This document shows, piece after piece, positions 32,104 through 42,608 of a stretch of DNA of 64,000 nt. Location of the stretch: positions 17,077 to 81,076 of the forward strand of contig JBBILZ010000004.1 in NCBI GenBank assembly GCA_037444665.1, read 5' to 3'. The notes under the pieces were generated by a model. That model saw only the letters and a list, made by a program, of their open reading frames with translations, was not told the origin of the DNA and did no database searches. A program made the position numbers and the translations under genes. Source of the stretch: a candidate division WOR-3 bacterium (GTDB taxonomy: Bacteria; Hydrothermota; Tepidihabitantia; SM23-42; JAOAFX01). The first letter of the stretch is position 1, and each line of letters begins with the position of its first letter.

Positions 32104-33249
32104 TTATATTGTAAATATATGGACTACCGATGAGGCACCTGAACCACCCATATTCTGCGTCAACCCGATCTTTGCATTCTTGACCTGTCTTTTCCCTGCA
32201 TTGCCACGCAATTGCTCAACAACTTCAACAATCTGCGCAATGCCAGTGGCACCGACGGGATGGCCTTTTGATTTTAAACCACCTGATGTATTAATAGGTA
32301 TCTTACCGGTCAATTCAGTCTCACCCTTTTCAACCATCAAGTATGCCTTTCCTCTTTCACAGAAGCCGAGTTCTTCCATTATACACAATTCAGCAATCGT
32401 GAAACAATCATGAACCTCAGCACAATTTACATCGGCAGGTTTTATTCCCGCCATTTTGAACGCCCTTTCTCCCGCAGTTCTAATGGCGTTAAGACTAAGA
32501 ATATCCTGCCTCTGATGCAAAGCAATTGTATCGGTTCCAGCACCAGAACCGATCACCCTAACGATTGGTTTACCTAATTTTTTTGCAGTTTCGGCAGTCG
32601 TCACGATTACGCATGCTGCACCATCTGAGACGGGTGAACTGTCCATCATGGTTATCGGGTCTGCAACCATCGTTGCATTCAAAACATCATCAAGCGTAAC
32701 TTCCCTCTGGAATTGGGCATTTGGATTGAGTGCGCCATTTTTATGATTTTTTACTGCGACCATTGCGAGGTGCTTACGCGTAGCACCATATCTGTGAAAA
32801 TAGGCATTGGCAATCATTGCAAAAAGTCCAGGGAATGTTATCCCATGGTAGCATTCATATTCTTGGTCAGCGGCAGTAGATAACGCATAGGTCACATCTG
32901 CACCATCGGTCATCTTCTCTACGCCACCGGCAAGGACAATATCATTCATTCCTGAGGCAACATCTAAAAATGCCTGCCTGAAGGAAAATCCACCTGAGGC
33001 ACAGGCAGACTCTACCCTTACTGCTGGTATCGGTGCTACACCAAGATAGTCTGCCATCAATGCACCAATGTGCTCCTGGCCAACAAATAGACCTGATGTC
33101 ATCGTTCCAACATACATTGCATCAATACGGTCAACACCCGCATCGTCAATTGCTTTTAGTGCGGCTTCAACAAAAATATCTCTTATTGATTTTGTCCATA
33201 ATTCACCAAATTTGGTCATACCAATACCGATTACCGCAACTTCCCTCAT
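32104..33249 (-). CDS. Archaeal/SCP2-type thiolase (acetoacetyl-CoA thiolase-like)
   Basis: [26 protein letters not shown]. Confidence 0.92.
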   Translation of the reverse strand: MREVAVIGIGMTKFGELWTKSIRDIFVEAALKAIDDAGVDRIDAMYVGTMTSGLFVGQEHIGALMADYLGVAPIPAVRVESACASGGFSFRQAFLDVASGMNDIVLAGGVEKMTDGADVTYALSTAADQEYECYHGITFPGLFAMIANAYFHRYGATRKHLAMVAVKNHKNGALNPNAQFQREVTLDDVLNATMVADPITMMDSSPVSDGAACVIVTTAETAKKLGKPIVRVIGSGAGTDTIALHQRQDILSLNAIRTAGERAFKMAGIKPADVNCAEVHDCFTIAELCIMEELGFCERGKAYLMVEKGETELTGKIPINTSGGLKSKGHPVGATGIAQIVEVVEQLRGNAGKRQVKNAKIGLTQNMGGSGASSVVHIFTI

Positions 33250-33314
33250 TATTAACCTCCTTTAGCAGAAATTATAAAATATTTGGCAAGCCCTGACATC
33301 TGTTTTTCGTTTTT

Positions 33315-33417
33315 GGGCATGGCAGCCATTATGGTCTTTAGGCATAATTTTATGCTGAAATAAACTTTTGACTTAAAACCAAACCGGCGGCTATGCCATA
33401 TAACCATAAACAATGCC
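33315..33417. repeat. Spacer inverted-repeat element, copy B (empty)
   Basis: GGGCATGGCAGCCATTATGGT...ACCAAACCGGCGGCTATGCC; 40 bp identical to copy D. Confidence 0.8.
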
Positions 33418-33425
33418 CCAAACCA

Positions 33426-34484
33426 TCACTCTGCCATTATAATCTTATGCCTGTGTTTGGCATATTCGCCATAGGTCAAATAAATACGATTATTCTCAAG
33501 CATATCCTTAATCTTTTCTGCCTTATCACGCACTTCGTTTATTCTCTCTGTCATTTTGAACACAAAGGCATCGCTACCAGCACCAGAACCAAAAGAGACA
33601 AGAAAGATTAAATCATTGGGCTGTGCTACATCAAGAACTGCGGAAAATCCGGTTGGTGAAGAACCAGAATAGGTATTACCCATTAATGGCACAATCCAGC
33701 CCGGCTCAATCTGCTCTTTTTTGAATCCTAATCTCTTACCTATGGTCATAGGAAACTTACCATTGGGCATATGAAAGATTGCATATTTGAAGTCCTGTGG
33801 TTTGTATCCAGTCTTTTCAAGCATCCCTTTGCCTGCATTATAGATATGTTTAAAATACGCCGGGTCACCAGTGAATCTTCCACCATGTCTGGGATAGAAC
33901 TGGTACTCCCGACGCCAGAAATCCGGTGTATCAGTTGCCCAGGAATATGTATCAAGAACTTCTACTACAATATTTTCTTTGCCAAAAATAAATGCAGAAC
34001 CACCAGCAGATGCAGAGAATTCAAGGGCATCGCCTGGTGCACCCTGAGAAGTATCAGCACCGATTCCCATCGCATATTCCATTAGACCTGCCCTGACCAA
34101 ACCATATGCCACAAACATCGCCTCAGTCCCTGCCTTACAGGCAAACTCAAAACTGGCAATGTGGACCTCAGGTGTAATACCAAGAACCTCAGCGACAACT
34201 GTTGCCGATGGTTTTACTGCATAAGGGTGGGATTCAGAACCAACATAGACTGCGCCAATCTTTTTCGGGTCAATTCCCGCACGCTTCAAGGCATTCTTTG
34301 CCGCAGCCACAGAAATGGTGATTGTATCCTCATCCATCCCGGGCACGGTCTTCTCTTTGAGTGCCAATCCCTTTTTTATTGTCTCCGGGTCTCTGCCCCA
34401 TTGTTTTGCAATCTCATCTACTTTAATACGATAACGGGGCAGATAAGACCCATAACCCACAATTCCAATCTTTTCAGTTGGCAT
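33426..34484 (-). CDS. Hydroxymethylglutaryl-CoA synthase, archaeal type
   Basis: GSESHPYAVKP, EFACKAGT, DTPDFWRR, FHMPNGKFP, GNTYSG. Confidence 0.9.
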   Translation of the reverse strand: MPTEKIGIVGYGSYLPRYRIKVDEIAKQWGRDPETIKKGLALKEKTVPGMDEDTITISVAAAKNALKRAGIDPKKIGAVYVGSESHPYAVKPSATVVAEVLGITPEVHIASFEFACKAGTEAMFVAYGLVRAGLMEYAMGIGADTSQGAPGDALEFSASAGGSAFIFGKENIVVEVLDTYSWATDTPDFWRREYQFYPRHGGRFTGDPAYFKHIYNAGKGMLEKTGYKPQDFKYAIFHMPNGKFPMTIGKRLGFKKEQIEPGWIVPLMGNTYSGSSPTGFSAVLDVAQPNDLIFLVSFGSGAGSDAFVFKMTERINEVRDKAEKIKDMLENNRIYLTYGEYAKHRHKIIMAE

Positions 34485-34525
34485 TAATTACCTCCTTAAT
34501 AATAAAGATTTTATTCTGACTTAAG

Positions 34526-35557
34526 TCAGAGACCATAATCTTTCATTTCTTTAAGTTCACGCAAAACCTCTCTCATAGGTGGGGCATCAAACCATTTTCT
34601 CTTTGTCAGGCCATTTGTATATGCCTGATATATCAAACTTATCGCCCTGTATAACTCTCTGGTGAGAGGCGGGGGTGATGATTTCACATTTGATTTCCAA
34701 TTAACCCTGTCTCTTTTCTTTGCCTCTTCCACATCCTTGAACCACTCTGTATTACGATAAAATATCCGTGCGATCTCCTTGCTCACAGGTAAACCTTCAT
34801 AGGTGAACCTACATTCATCCAGTGTTCCCAGGGCATCAACAAGGACAAAATTACGTTGCTCATCAAAACCGAGTTCAATCTTACCATCCTCATTAAACAG
34901 ACCAAGAGATTTGGTCTCTTTTGTAATCAATTCGTTGATAATAGCAACTATCCTTTTCATCTCATCAAGTTCTTTGTCAGATAGTGCACAAATATTTTTA
35001 GCCTCATCCCAGGAAAGATACCTATCAGTAATCTCAAGTTTTGTTGAAACATCATAGATCGGTCTATCAAGGACCTGCCCTGGTTCAGGCATCTTATCAA
35101 ATCCGATATCAGATAATTTCAAAGTTCCCTCTTTTAAGCGCTTGAATACTGATGAACCACCAGGTAGGGCATTGCGATAGATTACCTCAAGGGGTATTAA
35201 GAAGTTATTCTTCTCTTTTTGATAAATAGAATAATCATACACATTACCTGTTAAGGCTGGTCTTATCACCCTGAGGATTTTTACCTCAATTGTATTGGAA
35301 GGCTTTGATAATTCATTCAAGCGTTTGGGTTTTCCATCCTCAACAACACCAAGATAATGGGTCTTTATTCCGAGTTCCTCAGCCTTTTCAAAAAAATAGG
35401 CAGTGGCAATGCAGATTGCAGCACCTTTATTTAATATATGGTCAGGCATCTCACCCCAGTCAAAGACTGAATATCTATCTGAAAAGACAAATCTACCAAT
35501 GCCAGGTTCTTTATCTGTTGGTTCTTTTATTATATTCAAATCTTTGACACTACCCAT
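34526..35557 (-). CDS. purC: SAICAR synthetase
   Basis: GSVKD, FSDRYSVFD, IPLEVIYRN, DGKIE, DECR. Confidence 0.9.
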   Translation of the reverse strand: MGSVKDLNIIKEPTDKEPGIGRFVFSDRYSVFDWGEMPDHILNKGAAICIATAYFFEKAEELGIKTHYLGVVEDGKPKRLNELSKPSNTIEVKILRVIRPALTGNVYDYSIYQKEKNNFLIPLEVIYRNALPGGSSVFKRLKEGTLKLSDIGFDKMPEPGQVLDRPIYDVSTKLEITDRYLSWDEAKNICALSDKELDEMKRIVAIINELITKETKSLGLFNEDGKIELGFDEQRNFVLVDALGTLDECRFTYEGLPVSKEIARIFYRNTEWFKDVEEAKKRDRVNWKSNVKSSPPPLTRELYRAISLIYQAYTNGLTKRKWFDAPPMREVLRELKEMKDYGL

Positions 35558-36023
35558 TCTTAATCTCCTCATCTGCCTTTTCCAGTTCTTTTTTCTTCTC
35601 GTCTTGATATGCCGCTACCTTTGATGTAAGGGTCTTATCAGATAAAGCAAGAATCTTTATTGCGGCAAGGCCTGCCTCTTCAGGTTCAAGGATTGTAAGG
35701 GGGCATACTCCAGAGGGCATGCGCAGGGTAGAAAAGATATCTGCACCAGAGAACTTCTCACTATAAGGTGGACAGGCAATCACTGGCTTTGTTGTATTTG
35801 CATCAACAAAACCGCTCAGGGCATTACTCCTGCCTGCAACTGTGATAAAGACGACATTCTCGTTTCCATAGGACTTAATGATTTCAAGGACTCTTAAGGG
35901 AACTTTATGGGCAGAGGCGACCCGCATTATGCAACCAACCCCAAATCCCTCTATTACCTTCGCAATCTTTTTACAATGCTCAAGGTCTCCTTTAGACCCC
36001 ATAATGATGACTACCTTTGCCAT
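35550..36023 (-). CDS. purE: AIR carboxylase (class II-like PurE)
   Basis: MGSKGD, SAHK, AGRSNAL, SxLRMPSG. Confidence 0.9.
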   Translation of the reverse strand: MAKVVIIMGSKGDLEHCKKIAKVIEGFGVGCIMRVASAHKVPLRVLEIIKSYGNENVVFITVAGRSNALSGFVDANTTKPVIACPPYSEKFSGADIFSTLRMPSGVCPLTILEPEEAGLAAIKILALSDKTLTSKVAAYQDEKKKELEKADEEIKNG

Positions 36024-36098
36024 TCATACCCCTTTCTTTTAATAAATTTTATTATATTCAAAAAAGGCATTGAGGTCAATAAAAATCGGTGACTCCCT

Positions 36099-37073
36099 TT
36101 ATTTTTGGTCTTTTAAGTACTTATCAAAAAACCCAAGCACCCTTTCAAAGAATTCCGGATAGTTAACAAATTCTGGACCATTAATTCCGCCGTGCTCAGC
36201 TCCTGGTACTATCCATAATTCTTTTGGTCCTTTTAGTTTTTTCGCCACCTTTTCTGACATCCATACCGGTGTCCGATTATCTTTTTCACCAACAATCAAA
36301 AATACTGGAATTGTTATCTTCTCTGCTGCATTGATGGGTAATAATTCTTCTGGATAATCTTCAGGGATTACAAAATTTCTTTCGGGTAAAGATTTCTTAA
36401 GAACTGCTAAGAGTTCCTCAAATGAACTCATCAATGCCCTGCCCGCATAAGCAGCAATGCCATTTCTCTTTGCGATAATGGCAAAAGAGAGATAAGCTCC
36501 TGTTGAAAAACCCATAACTCCAATTCTTGTAGTATCAACTTCTAACCTCTGTTTCACATAATCAATCGCTGCATCATAATCAGTAATAAATTCGGTGCAG
36601 CATAAACGTTCCGGGTTTATTTGCCAGTCAGCACTCACACCAAAACCACGCCAGTCAAAGAGAAATACATTGTAGCCTTTTGTAAAAAAATGGTAGGCAT
36701 AAAAGATAAACTGGGTCATATTCCCTGCATCGCCACCACAGATAATCAGCGTGGGCCTTCGGGAATCATCCATAGTTTGATATTCACGCGGTGCTGGTTT
36801 TAATTCATTTGGAACCGGCACCATTCTGCCGATGATGGAATTGGCAATGCCTGCCGTCTCCTGGGCAGGGATAAACCATCCTCTCAAATTTAGACTATCA
36901 GATGTGAGAAACTCAACCTCCTGATAAATTATCCCATAATCTGAAGGTATCGCCTTATACTCTCGCTCTGGTTTGAGTGCGTATGAGGGGAAAAAAACAA
37001 ATAATAGCAATACTAAATATAATGCATATTGTTTAAAACACATATCAGTTCTTAATTGTGGTAGAGTAAACAT
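36099..37073 (-). CDS. Alpha/beta hydrolase, probably exported
   Basis: FDWRGFG, GFSTG, GEKD, GAEH. Confidence 0.85.
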   Translation of the reverse strand: MFTLPQLRTDMCFKQYALYLVLLLFVFFPSYALKPEREYKAIPSDYGIIYQEVEFLTSDSLNLRGWFIPAQETAGIANSIIGRMVPVPNELKPAPREYQTMDDSRRPTLIICGGDAGNMTQFIFYAYHFFTKGYNVFLFDWRGFGVSADWQINPERLCCTEFITDYDAAIDYVKQRLEVDTTRIGVMGFSTGAYLSFAIIAKRNGIAAYAGRALMSSFEELLAVLKKSLPERNFVIPEDYPEELLPINAAEKITIPVFLIVGEKDNRTPVWMSEKVAKKLKGPKELWIVPGAEHGGINGPEFVNYPEFFERVLGFFDKYLKDQK

Positions 37074-37169
37074 CAAACCTCCTTTCACCCCATCCCTGAA
37101 ATAAATTTAGGACATGTTCTCTTTTTAATGTTACAAAAACTTTTGTCAAATTGACCATTAGAATCTATC

Positions 37170-37784
37170 CTAAGATACATTCGTGGTTTGTGTCTTCCTA
37201 TATGAATACATCAACAAAAGGAGCCAGGCACCATATATGAGACCAGCAGCTATTGTTAAAAAACCGATTATTCTTACAAAACTGGCAATCACGATATCCA
37301 TAGTCAGAAGTCCTAATTTACCGAGGAGATAGTTCCAATCATGGGTTATCGGTCCTGTGACACCAAAAAGTGTTACTAAAGGTAATTCCATTGTCCGCGC
37401 ATCCGCAATATAATTGGCAACACCGAAAAAATTCGTTGCCAGCCAGACAAGGGCGACCGAAATCGCAAAGAAATCACGCTGATGATAAAACATAATTATA
37501 CCGATTACCGGAATCAAACATTGCAAAAATGAACCACCGAGCGTGCAGATAAAATTACCAAAGAGTGCAAAGACAAGGTGACCGAGTTCATGAATACAAA
37601 GATTTAATGGAGCAAATATACCTTGATTATCAAAGCCGGGTATATTACGCACAAAGAGATAAAAAAGATAAAGGTAGAGTAAGAACCGGAGTTGCCAGCG
37701 CCGACCCAGACACCAATTTTTGGACTTCTGGAGGAAACGGAACAAAAAATCACTAACATGTGCTTTCAACCCCACAGATTCCAA
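37170..37784 (-). CDS. Membrane metallopeptidase-like protein (M50-like)
   Basis: HELGH within TM context, HDWNYLL. Confidence 0.65.
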   Translation of the reverse strand: MESVGLKAHVSDFLFRFLQKSKNWCLGRRWQLRFLLYLYLFYLFVRNIPGFDNQGIFAPLNLCIHELGHLVFALFGNFICTLGGSFLQCLIPVIGIIMFYHQRDFFAISVALVWLATNFFGVANYIADARTMELPLVTLFGVTGPITHDWNYLLGKLGLLTMDIVIASFVRIIGFLTIAAGLIYGAWLLLLMYSYRKTQTTNVS

Positions 37785-37906
37785 GTGCCTCCTTTAAATC
37801 ATTTCAGTTGTTCGGACAGGGACGAGCCCTGTCCCTACATTATAACATATCGTCGCCTATGGGACGGTCAAGAATCCCGTCTTCGGCATTCGTTAAAGGG
37901 AAAGGG

Positions 37907-38296
37907 TCATTTAGTATATTTCCGTAATGCATCTTTTATCATTCTTTTGGATGGATATGGATACTGTTTTCCTTTGTAATAATAAATTCGGCAACCACAA
38001 CTGCATTCCTGTTTTACAAATTCAGTGGTCTGTTTGCTTTTTGAAAGTTCTTCGCAAGGTAGACATCGTGCCTTATCTATTGTCTCCTGAATATCTTCTC
38101 CATTTATCCTGATTGTAGGTGAACCGACAAATTTATATTTTTTTGCCTTTGCTGCAGTGTCTATCAAGATTTCTTTAATTTCTGATTTTATATTGAGTTC
38201 TTTCAAAGATTCCTTGAGCAATTTCTTTGTTATTAAACACCAGGGGCAATCAAGAATATAAAGATATTCAATTTTTAATGAAGGTTTTTTTCTCAT
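37907..38296 (-). CDS. DUF2703 thioredoxin-like protein
   Basis: CPWC, GSPTIRING, CGCRIY. Confidence 0.75.
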   Translation of the reverse strand: MRKKPSLKIEYLYILDCPWCLITKKLLKESLKELNIKSEIKEILIDTAAKAKKYKFVGSPTIRINGEDIQETIDKARCLPCEELSKSKQTTEFVKQECSCGCRIYYYKGKQYPYPSKRMIKDALRKYTK

Positions 38297-38314
38297 AATT
38301 CTCCTAAAGTTATG

Positions 38315-39487
38315 CTATCCTATTCTTTTCAATGCCTGTTCAAGGTCGGCAATCAAATCATCAACATTTTCAATACCTACTGACATACGCACAAATCCTG
38401 GATTTATTCCCGCCTTTACCAACTCCTCTTCAGTATATGTGGAATGGGTCATTGATGCAGGATGCTCAATAAGGGTATCTGTATCACCGAGGCTTACTGC
38501 AAGGGTGAATAATTTGATTGAATTCATAAGAATTTTTCCTGCCTCTTTTCCACCCTTTAAATCAAATCCTAACATACCACCAAATGCCCGCATCTGCTTT
38601 TTGGCAATATTATGACCAGGATGGTCTTCAAGACCAGGATAATAGACCTTCTCTACCTTGGGATGGCTTTTCAAAAATCGTGCGATTGCCATAGCGTTTT
38701 CACAATGTCTCTCCATCCGCACTGCCAATGTTCTCAGACCCCGTAAAATCAGCCAGGCATTCACCGGTGAAATACAGCCGCCAACATCCTTTGCAATTCC
38801 ATCCCCCATTACTTTTATCAAATCTTTTTTCCCGACAACTATTCCACCAATCAAATCTCCATGGCCACCAAGATACTTTGTTGCGGAATGCAATACTATA
38901 TCCGCGCCAAGTTCTATTGGTCTTTGCAGATATGGTGTGGCAAATGTGTTATCCACACAGAGTAAAATTTTATGTTTATGCGCAATGCCGGCTATTTTGG
39001 CGATATCATTTATTTTTAAAGTGGGATTGGCTGGTGATTCAATGAGAATCATTTTTGTTTTTGGCTGGATGGTTGATTCAATCTCCTTTTCGTCGGTGGT
39101 GTCCACAAAAGTAGTAGTAATTCCTATGCGCGGTAAGACATTTTGAAAAAGGGCATAAGTGCCGCCATAGATTACCTTATCACATAAAATATGCTCCCCA
39201 TTTTTGCAAACGGTGAGCACCGTGGCAAATATTGCTGCCATACCTGAGGCAAATGCCAATCCTGCCTCAGCTGACTCAAGTAGAGCCATCTTTTGTGCCA
39301 GTAAATTAATGGTTGGATTACCCAAACGGGTATAAATATATCCTTCTTCTTCTTGTTTAAATAATCGTGCACCGTGATCAACATCTTTAAAAACAAATGT
39401 AGATGTCATATAAATTGGCGGAACATGGGCACCAGTCTTTTCATCGTGATGCACACCACCATGCACGATATTCGTCTCTATGTGCAT
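38315..39487 (-). CDS. megL: Methionine gamma-lyase-like PLP enzyme
   Basis: YIYTRLGNPT, SATKYLGGHGD, AVSLGD..TLIEHPASMTHS. Confidence 0.78.
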   Translation of the reverse strand: MHIETNIVHGGVHHDEKTGAHVPPIYMTSTFVFKDVDHGARLFKQEEEGYIYTRLGNPTINLLAQKMALLESAEAGLAFASGMAAIFATVLTVCKNGEHILCDKVIYGGTYALFQNVLPRIGITTTFVDTTDEKEIESTIQPKTKMILIESPANPTLKINDIAKIAGIAHKHKILLCVDNTFATPYLQRPIELGADIVLHSATKYLGGHGDLIGGIVVGKKDLIKVMGDGIAKDVGGCISPVNAWLILRGLRTLAVRMERHCENAMAIARFLKSHPKVEKVYYPGLEDHPGHNIAKKQMRAFGGMLGFDLKGGKEAGKILMNSIKLFTLAVSLGDTDTLIEHPASMTHSTYTEEELVKAGINPGFVRMSVGIENVDDLIADLEQALKRIG

Positions 39488-39636
39488 AAAAACCTCCTAT
39501 CAAGAAAACCCAAATCCCAAATAGCAAATCCCAAACAAGCTCCAATATGCAAACTATTAACAAAAGAATAATTTGATCTCTTGAAATTTCTCCTAATCGC
39601 GACCTTCTCAAACAAATTTCCTGATACAGTCATAAA

Positions 39637-39942
39637 TTATCCAATCTTCAACATTGCTCTATCTATCTTATATTTTTCGCAGATACGTTCAATCACTGAA
39701 TCAGGGACCTGTGCACCAATTCGCTCATATCTTTCGTATTCTTTTTTAGTCAACCCTATCGATTTCGCAAACTCCCCGGTTGACATTTGTAATTCTGTCC
39801 TGAATCTCCACAGTCTCTGTGGTGTTCCGTCGCGATTACATTTAATATCCTCCCAATATCTAATCTTCTCGGGCGGATAGTATTTTTTGATGAACATTAA
39901 CATCTGATATGAATTAATCAGCCGCTGTTTATAAATATTCAT
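39637..39942 (-). CDS. XRE-type HTH protein (antitoxin-like)
   Basis: MSTGEFAKSIGL...YERYE; ATGA overlap with the NTase gene. Confidence 0.65.
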   Translation of the reverse strand: MNIYKQRLINSYQMLMFIKKYYPPEKIRYWEDIKCNRDGTPQRLWRFRTELQMSTGEFAKSIGLTKKEYERYERIGAQVPDSVIERICEKYKIDRAMLKIG

Positions 39943-40412
39943 AATTCTTTTAAATTCTTGACATCCCTTATATCAATATCGCGACCCGCCCTGCTCTTTA
40001 TTCTTATGAGTTCATCCTTGTCTATAACTTCAAACTTGACCCCTTCTATCTCAATCTTAACCTTTTTTAACTTATCATAGTCGTAAATTAAAACGACATC
40101 AAGATTGAAAGCATTTTTTTGGTCTCTGAAATTGATTACCCCGGCATTCTTTTTTCTTATCCACTCACTCCTTTTCTTCTTATCCGATAGTTCTAATGGA
40201 TTGATGGGAACAAGGGGTGAAAGATGAAACTCCTTGAGGATTTTGTTGAATTTCTTTACATTGGATGGTGAAAATTGCAGGACAATATCAAGGTCAAAGG
40301 TTGCCCTGGGAACACCATGGATAATTGCTGCCACTCCTCCTACAACTGCATATTTTATCTTCGCTTCGCTGAGCCTTCTGATAATTGCAAAGAATGGTGG
40401 AAGCATACCCAT
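39939..40412 (-). CDS. Nucleotidyltransferase (DUF6036/AbiEii-like)
   Basis: VVGGVA..HG.PRAT.DLD; K..AGR..D..D. Confidence 0.8.
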   Translation of the reverse strand: MGMLPPFFAIIRRLSEAKIKYAVVGGVAAIIHGVPRATFDLDIVLQFSPSNVKKFNKILKEFHLSPLVPINPLELSDKKKRSEWIRKKNAGVINFRDQKNAFNLDVVLIYDYDKLKKVKIEIEGVKFEVIDKDELIRIKSRAGRDIDIRDVKNLKEL

Positions 40413-40413
40413 T

Positions 40414-41253
40414 TTATTCTTCAGTAAGTTCAATCAATACACCACCTGCGGTCTGGGGATGGATAAAGGCAATCTTTTTGCCCATTGCACCCTTGCGGGG
40501 TTTTTCATCTATCAATTTCACACCAGATTTTTTTAACTCTTCCAGTACCTCTTCAATATTCTCAACTGCAAAGGCAATGTGGTGCAAGCCCTCTCCCCTT
40601 TTTTCAATAAATTTGGCAACCGTGCTCTCTGGATTCAATGGTTCAAGTAATTCAATATGTGTATCACCGATTTCCAGCATTGCAACCTTTACTTTTTGCG
40701 CAGGAACTTCTTCTATGGTAAGCAGGGTCAATCCTAAAACATCCTGCCAGAACTTGAGACTCTCGGTGATGCTCTTTACTGCGATGGCGATATGGGACAA
40801 AAAATAGTAAGTAGTATAAGGTTTCTGGGCATAGCGGCCAGTATGGTCATTAGGCGTGGTCTTATGTTTCCGGTATTTGAAATTATCCCAGGCCTGAGCC
40901 AAATTAAACAATTGACGTGCACATATATCATAGACTTTTATTAGTCTCTCACAAGTTTCTACTTCAATATGGTAGATATCCTTGATATGTTCTAAACTTA
41001 CAATAGTTTCGTTGCACTCTGCCATAGCATCATCAAGATATTTTTGAAATCCAGACTTCTGATGCTTTTTTGCAAAGCCTTCACTTATTAAACGGGGGAT
41101 CGCCTTTGACGACCTACTTAATTGCTCGTAGAGATCATATTTTTCACTTGCTGGCAACTTCGGTAAGATAACTCTTGCAATCTCAATAGATGCCCGATAT
41201 GCATTTTGAAAAACTTCCAAATCACGGAAACTCCGTATAGGCTTTTTATTCAT
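40414..41253 (-). CDS. mce: Four-helix-bundle (IVP/Avd-like) protein fused in frame to methylmalonyl-CoA epimerase
   Basis: N-part [20 protein letters not shown]...I.EG; C-part [34 protein letters not shown]. Confidence 0.85.
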   Translation of the reverse strand: MNKKPIRSFRDLEVFQNAYRASIEIARVILPKLPASEKYDLYEQLSRSSKAIPRLISEGFAKKHQKSGFQKYLDDAMAECNETIVSLEHIKDIYHIEVETCERLIKVYDICARQLFNLAQAWDNFKYRKHKTTPNDHTGRYAQKPYTTYYFLSHIAIAVKSITESLKFWQDVLGLTLLTIEEVPAQKVKVAMLEIGDTHIELLEPLNPESTVAKFIEKRGEGLHHIAFAVENIEEVLEELKKSGVKLIDEKPRKGAMGKKIAFIHPQTAGGVLIELTEE

Positions 41254-41297
41254 AAGAAATAAACCTATAACCTAAAACCATACTGGCAGCTATGCCC
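40827..41297. mobile_element. Spacer inverted-repeat element, copy C, enclosing the four-helix-bundle ORF
   Basis: GGGCATAGCGGCCAGTATGGT (40827-40847) and ACCATACTGGCAGCTATGCCC (41277-41297), 20/21 complementary. Confidence 0.7.
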
Positions 41298-41312
41298 AAT
41301 AACCATAAACCA

Positions 41313-42608
41313 CTATAACAATTTTCTCTTCTTTGCTTCTTCTTCAAGCCAGGGGCGGAATTTAGGATGAGCAATATTAATCAATGCTTCTGCACGCTGA
41401 CGAAGATTTTTCCCATGAAGATAGGCAACCCCATATTCTGTAACAACATAATGAACATCCGCCCGTGTCGTTACTACACCAGCACCAACTTGAAGTGTTG
41501 GGACAATCTTTGAAAGTGTATCATTCTTTGCAGTTGAGGGTAAGGCGATTATTGGTTTTCCGCCTTTTGCCTGGGCAGCACCACGGATAAAGTCAACTTG
41601 ACCACCAAATCCAGAATAGATTTTTGTGCCAATTGAGTCTGAACAGACCTGGCCTGTAATATCAACCTCAATCGCCGAGTTTATTGCTATCATCTTGTCA
41701 TTGCGTGCGACCACAACAGGATGATTAGTATAGTTGGTAGGATGGGTCTCAAAGATAGGATTATTATCAATAAATTCATAAAGCCTTTTAGTGCCAAGAT
41801 AGAATGTTGCCACAACTTTATAGGGATGGAGTGTCTTTTTTGCACCAGTGATAACTCCTGCCTCAATAGCCTCCATTATACTATCTGATACCATCTCAGT
41901 ATGCACACCCAAATCCCTCTTGTCAAACATTGCTTTCAATGCCGCATTTGGTATACCGCCAATTCCCAGTTGCAAAGTAGAACCATCTTCAACTAAATTG
42001 GCAATATATGAACCAATCTTTTTCTCAACTTCAGTGAATGGTATACTTTCAAGTTCAGGTAAATCCGCATTAACCTCAACTATCTTATGAACCCTGGAAA
42101 TATGAATAAACGAATCACCCAGGGTGCGGGGCATCTTCTCGTTCACCTGGGCAATGACAATCTTTGCAGTCTCAGCCGCTGCCTTTGATGAAAGGCATTC
42201 AACACCAAAACTCATAAAACCATGTTCATCTGGTGGTGAAAGATGCAAAAACGCAACATCAATAGGTAATAAACCAGAATAGAATAAATCTGGTATTTCA
42301 TACAAAAATACGGGTATATAATCAGCGCGCCCGTCATTTACTGCCGCACGATCACCCGGACCAACAAACAAAGAGTTGTGTCTGAAATGCCCTTCCATAC
42401 CTGGTTTTGACAATGGGTCATCGCCAAAAAGTAAAACATGTGTCACCTCAACATTCTTCAATTCATCCTTGCGTGTAGCAAGTGCCTGGGTAAGGGTCAT
42501 TGGTGTCGCCGCATTCCCGCTTATGTAAATTCGGTCGTTACTCTTTACTACAGATACTGCTTCTTCAATTGAACATTTTTTCTTTTTATATTCATCAAAC
42601 CAGGTCAT
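41313..42608 (-). CDS. Acetyl-CoA hydrolase / 4-hydroxybutyrate CoA-transferase family
   Basis: LQLGIGGIP, HTEM, GGQVDF, IAHP.FR. Confidence 0.92.
   Translation of the reverse strand: MTWFDEYKKKKCSIEEAVSVVKSNDRIYISGNAATPMTLTQALATRKDELKNVEVTHVLLFGDDPLSKPGMEGHFRHNSLFVGPGDRAAVNDGRADYIPVFLYEIPDLFYSGLLPIDVAFLHLSPPDEHGFMSFGVECLSSKAAAETAKIVIAQVNEKMPRTLGDSFIHISRVHKIVEVNADLPELESIPFTEVEKKIGSYIANLVEDGSTLQLGIGGIPNAALKAMFDKRDLGVHTEMVSDSIMEAIEAGVITGAKKTLHPYKVVATFYLGTKRLYEFIDNNPIFETHPTNYTNHPVVVARNDKMIAINSAIEVDITGQVCSDSIGTKIYSGFGGQVDFIRGAAQAKGGKPIIALPSTAKNDTLSKIVPTLQVGAGVVTTRADVHYVVTEYGVAYLHGKNLRQRAEALINIAHPKFRPWLEEEAKKRKLL

Noticed and set aside
31949..32413. Plus-strand ORFs opposite long genes (also 23009, 38658, 55069, 57925 and others)
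   Set aside because: Antisense shadows of well-supported genes, with no motifs or SD
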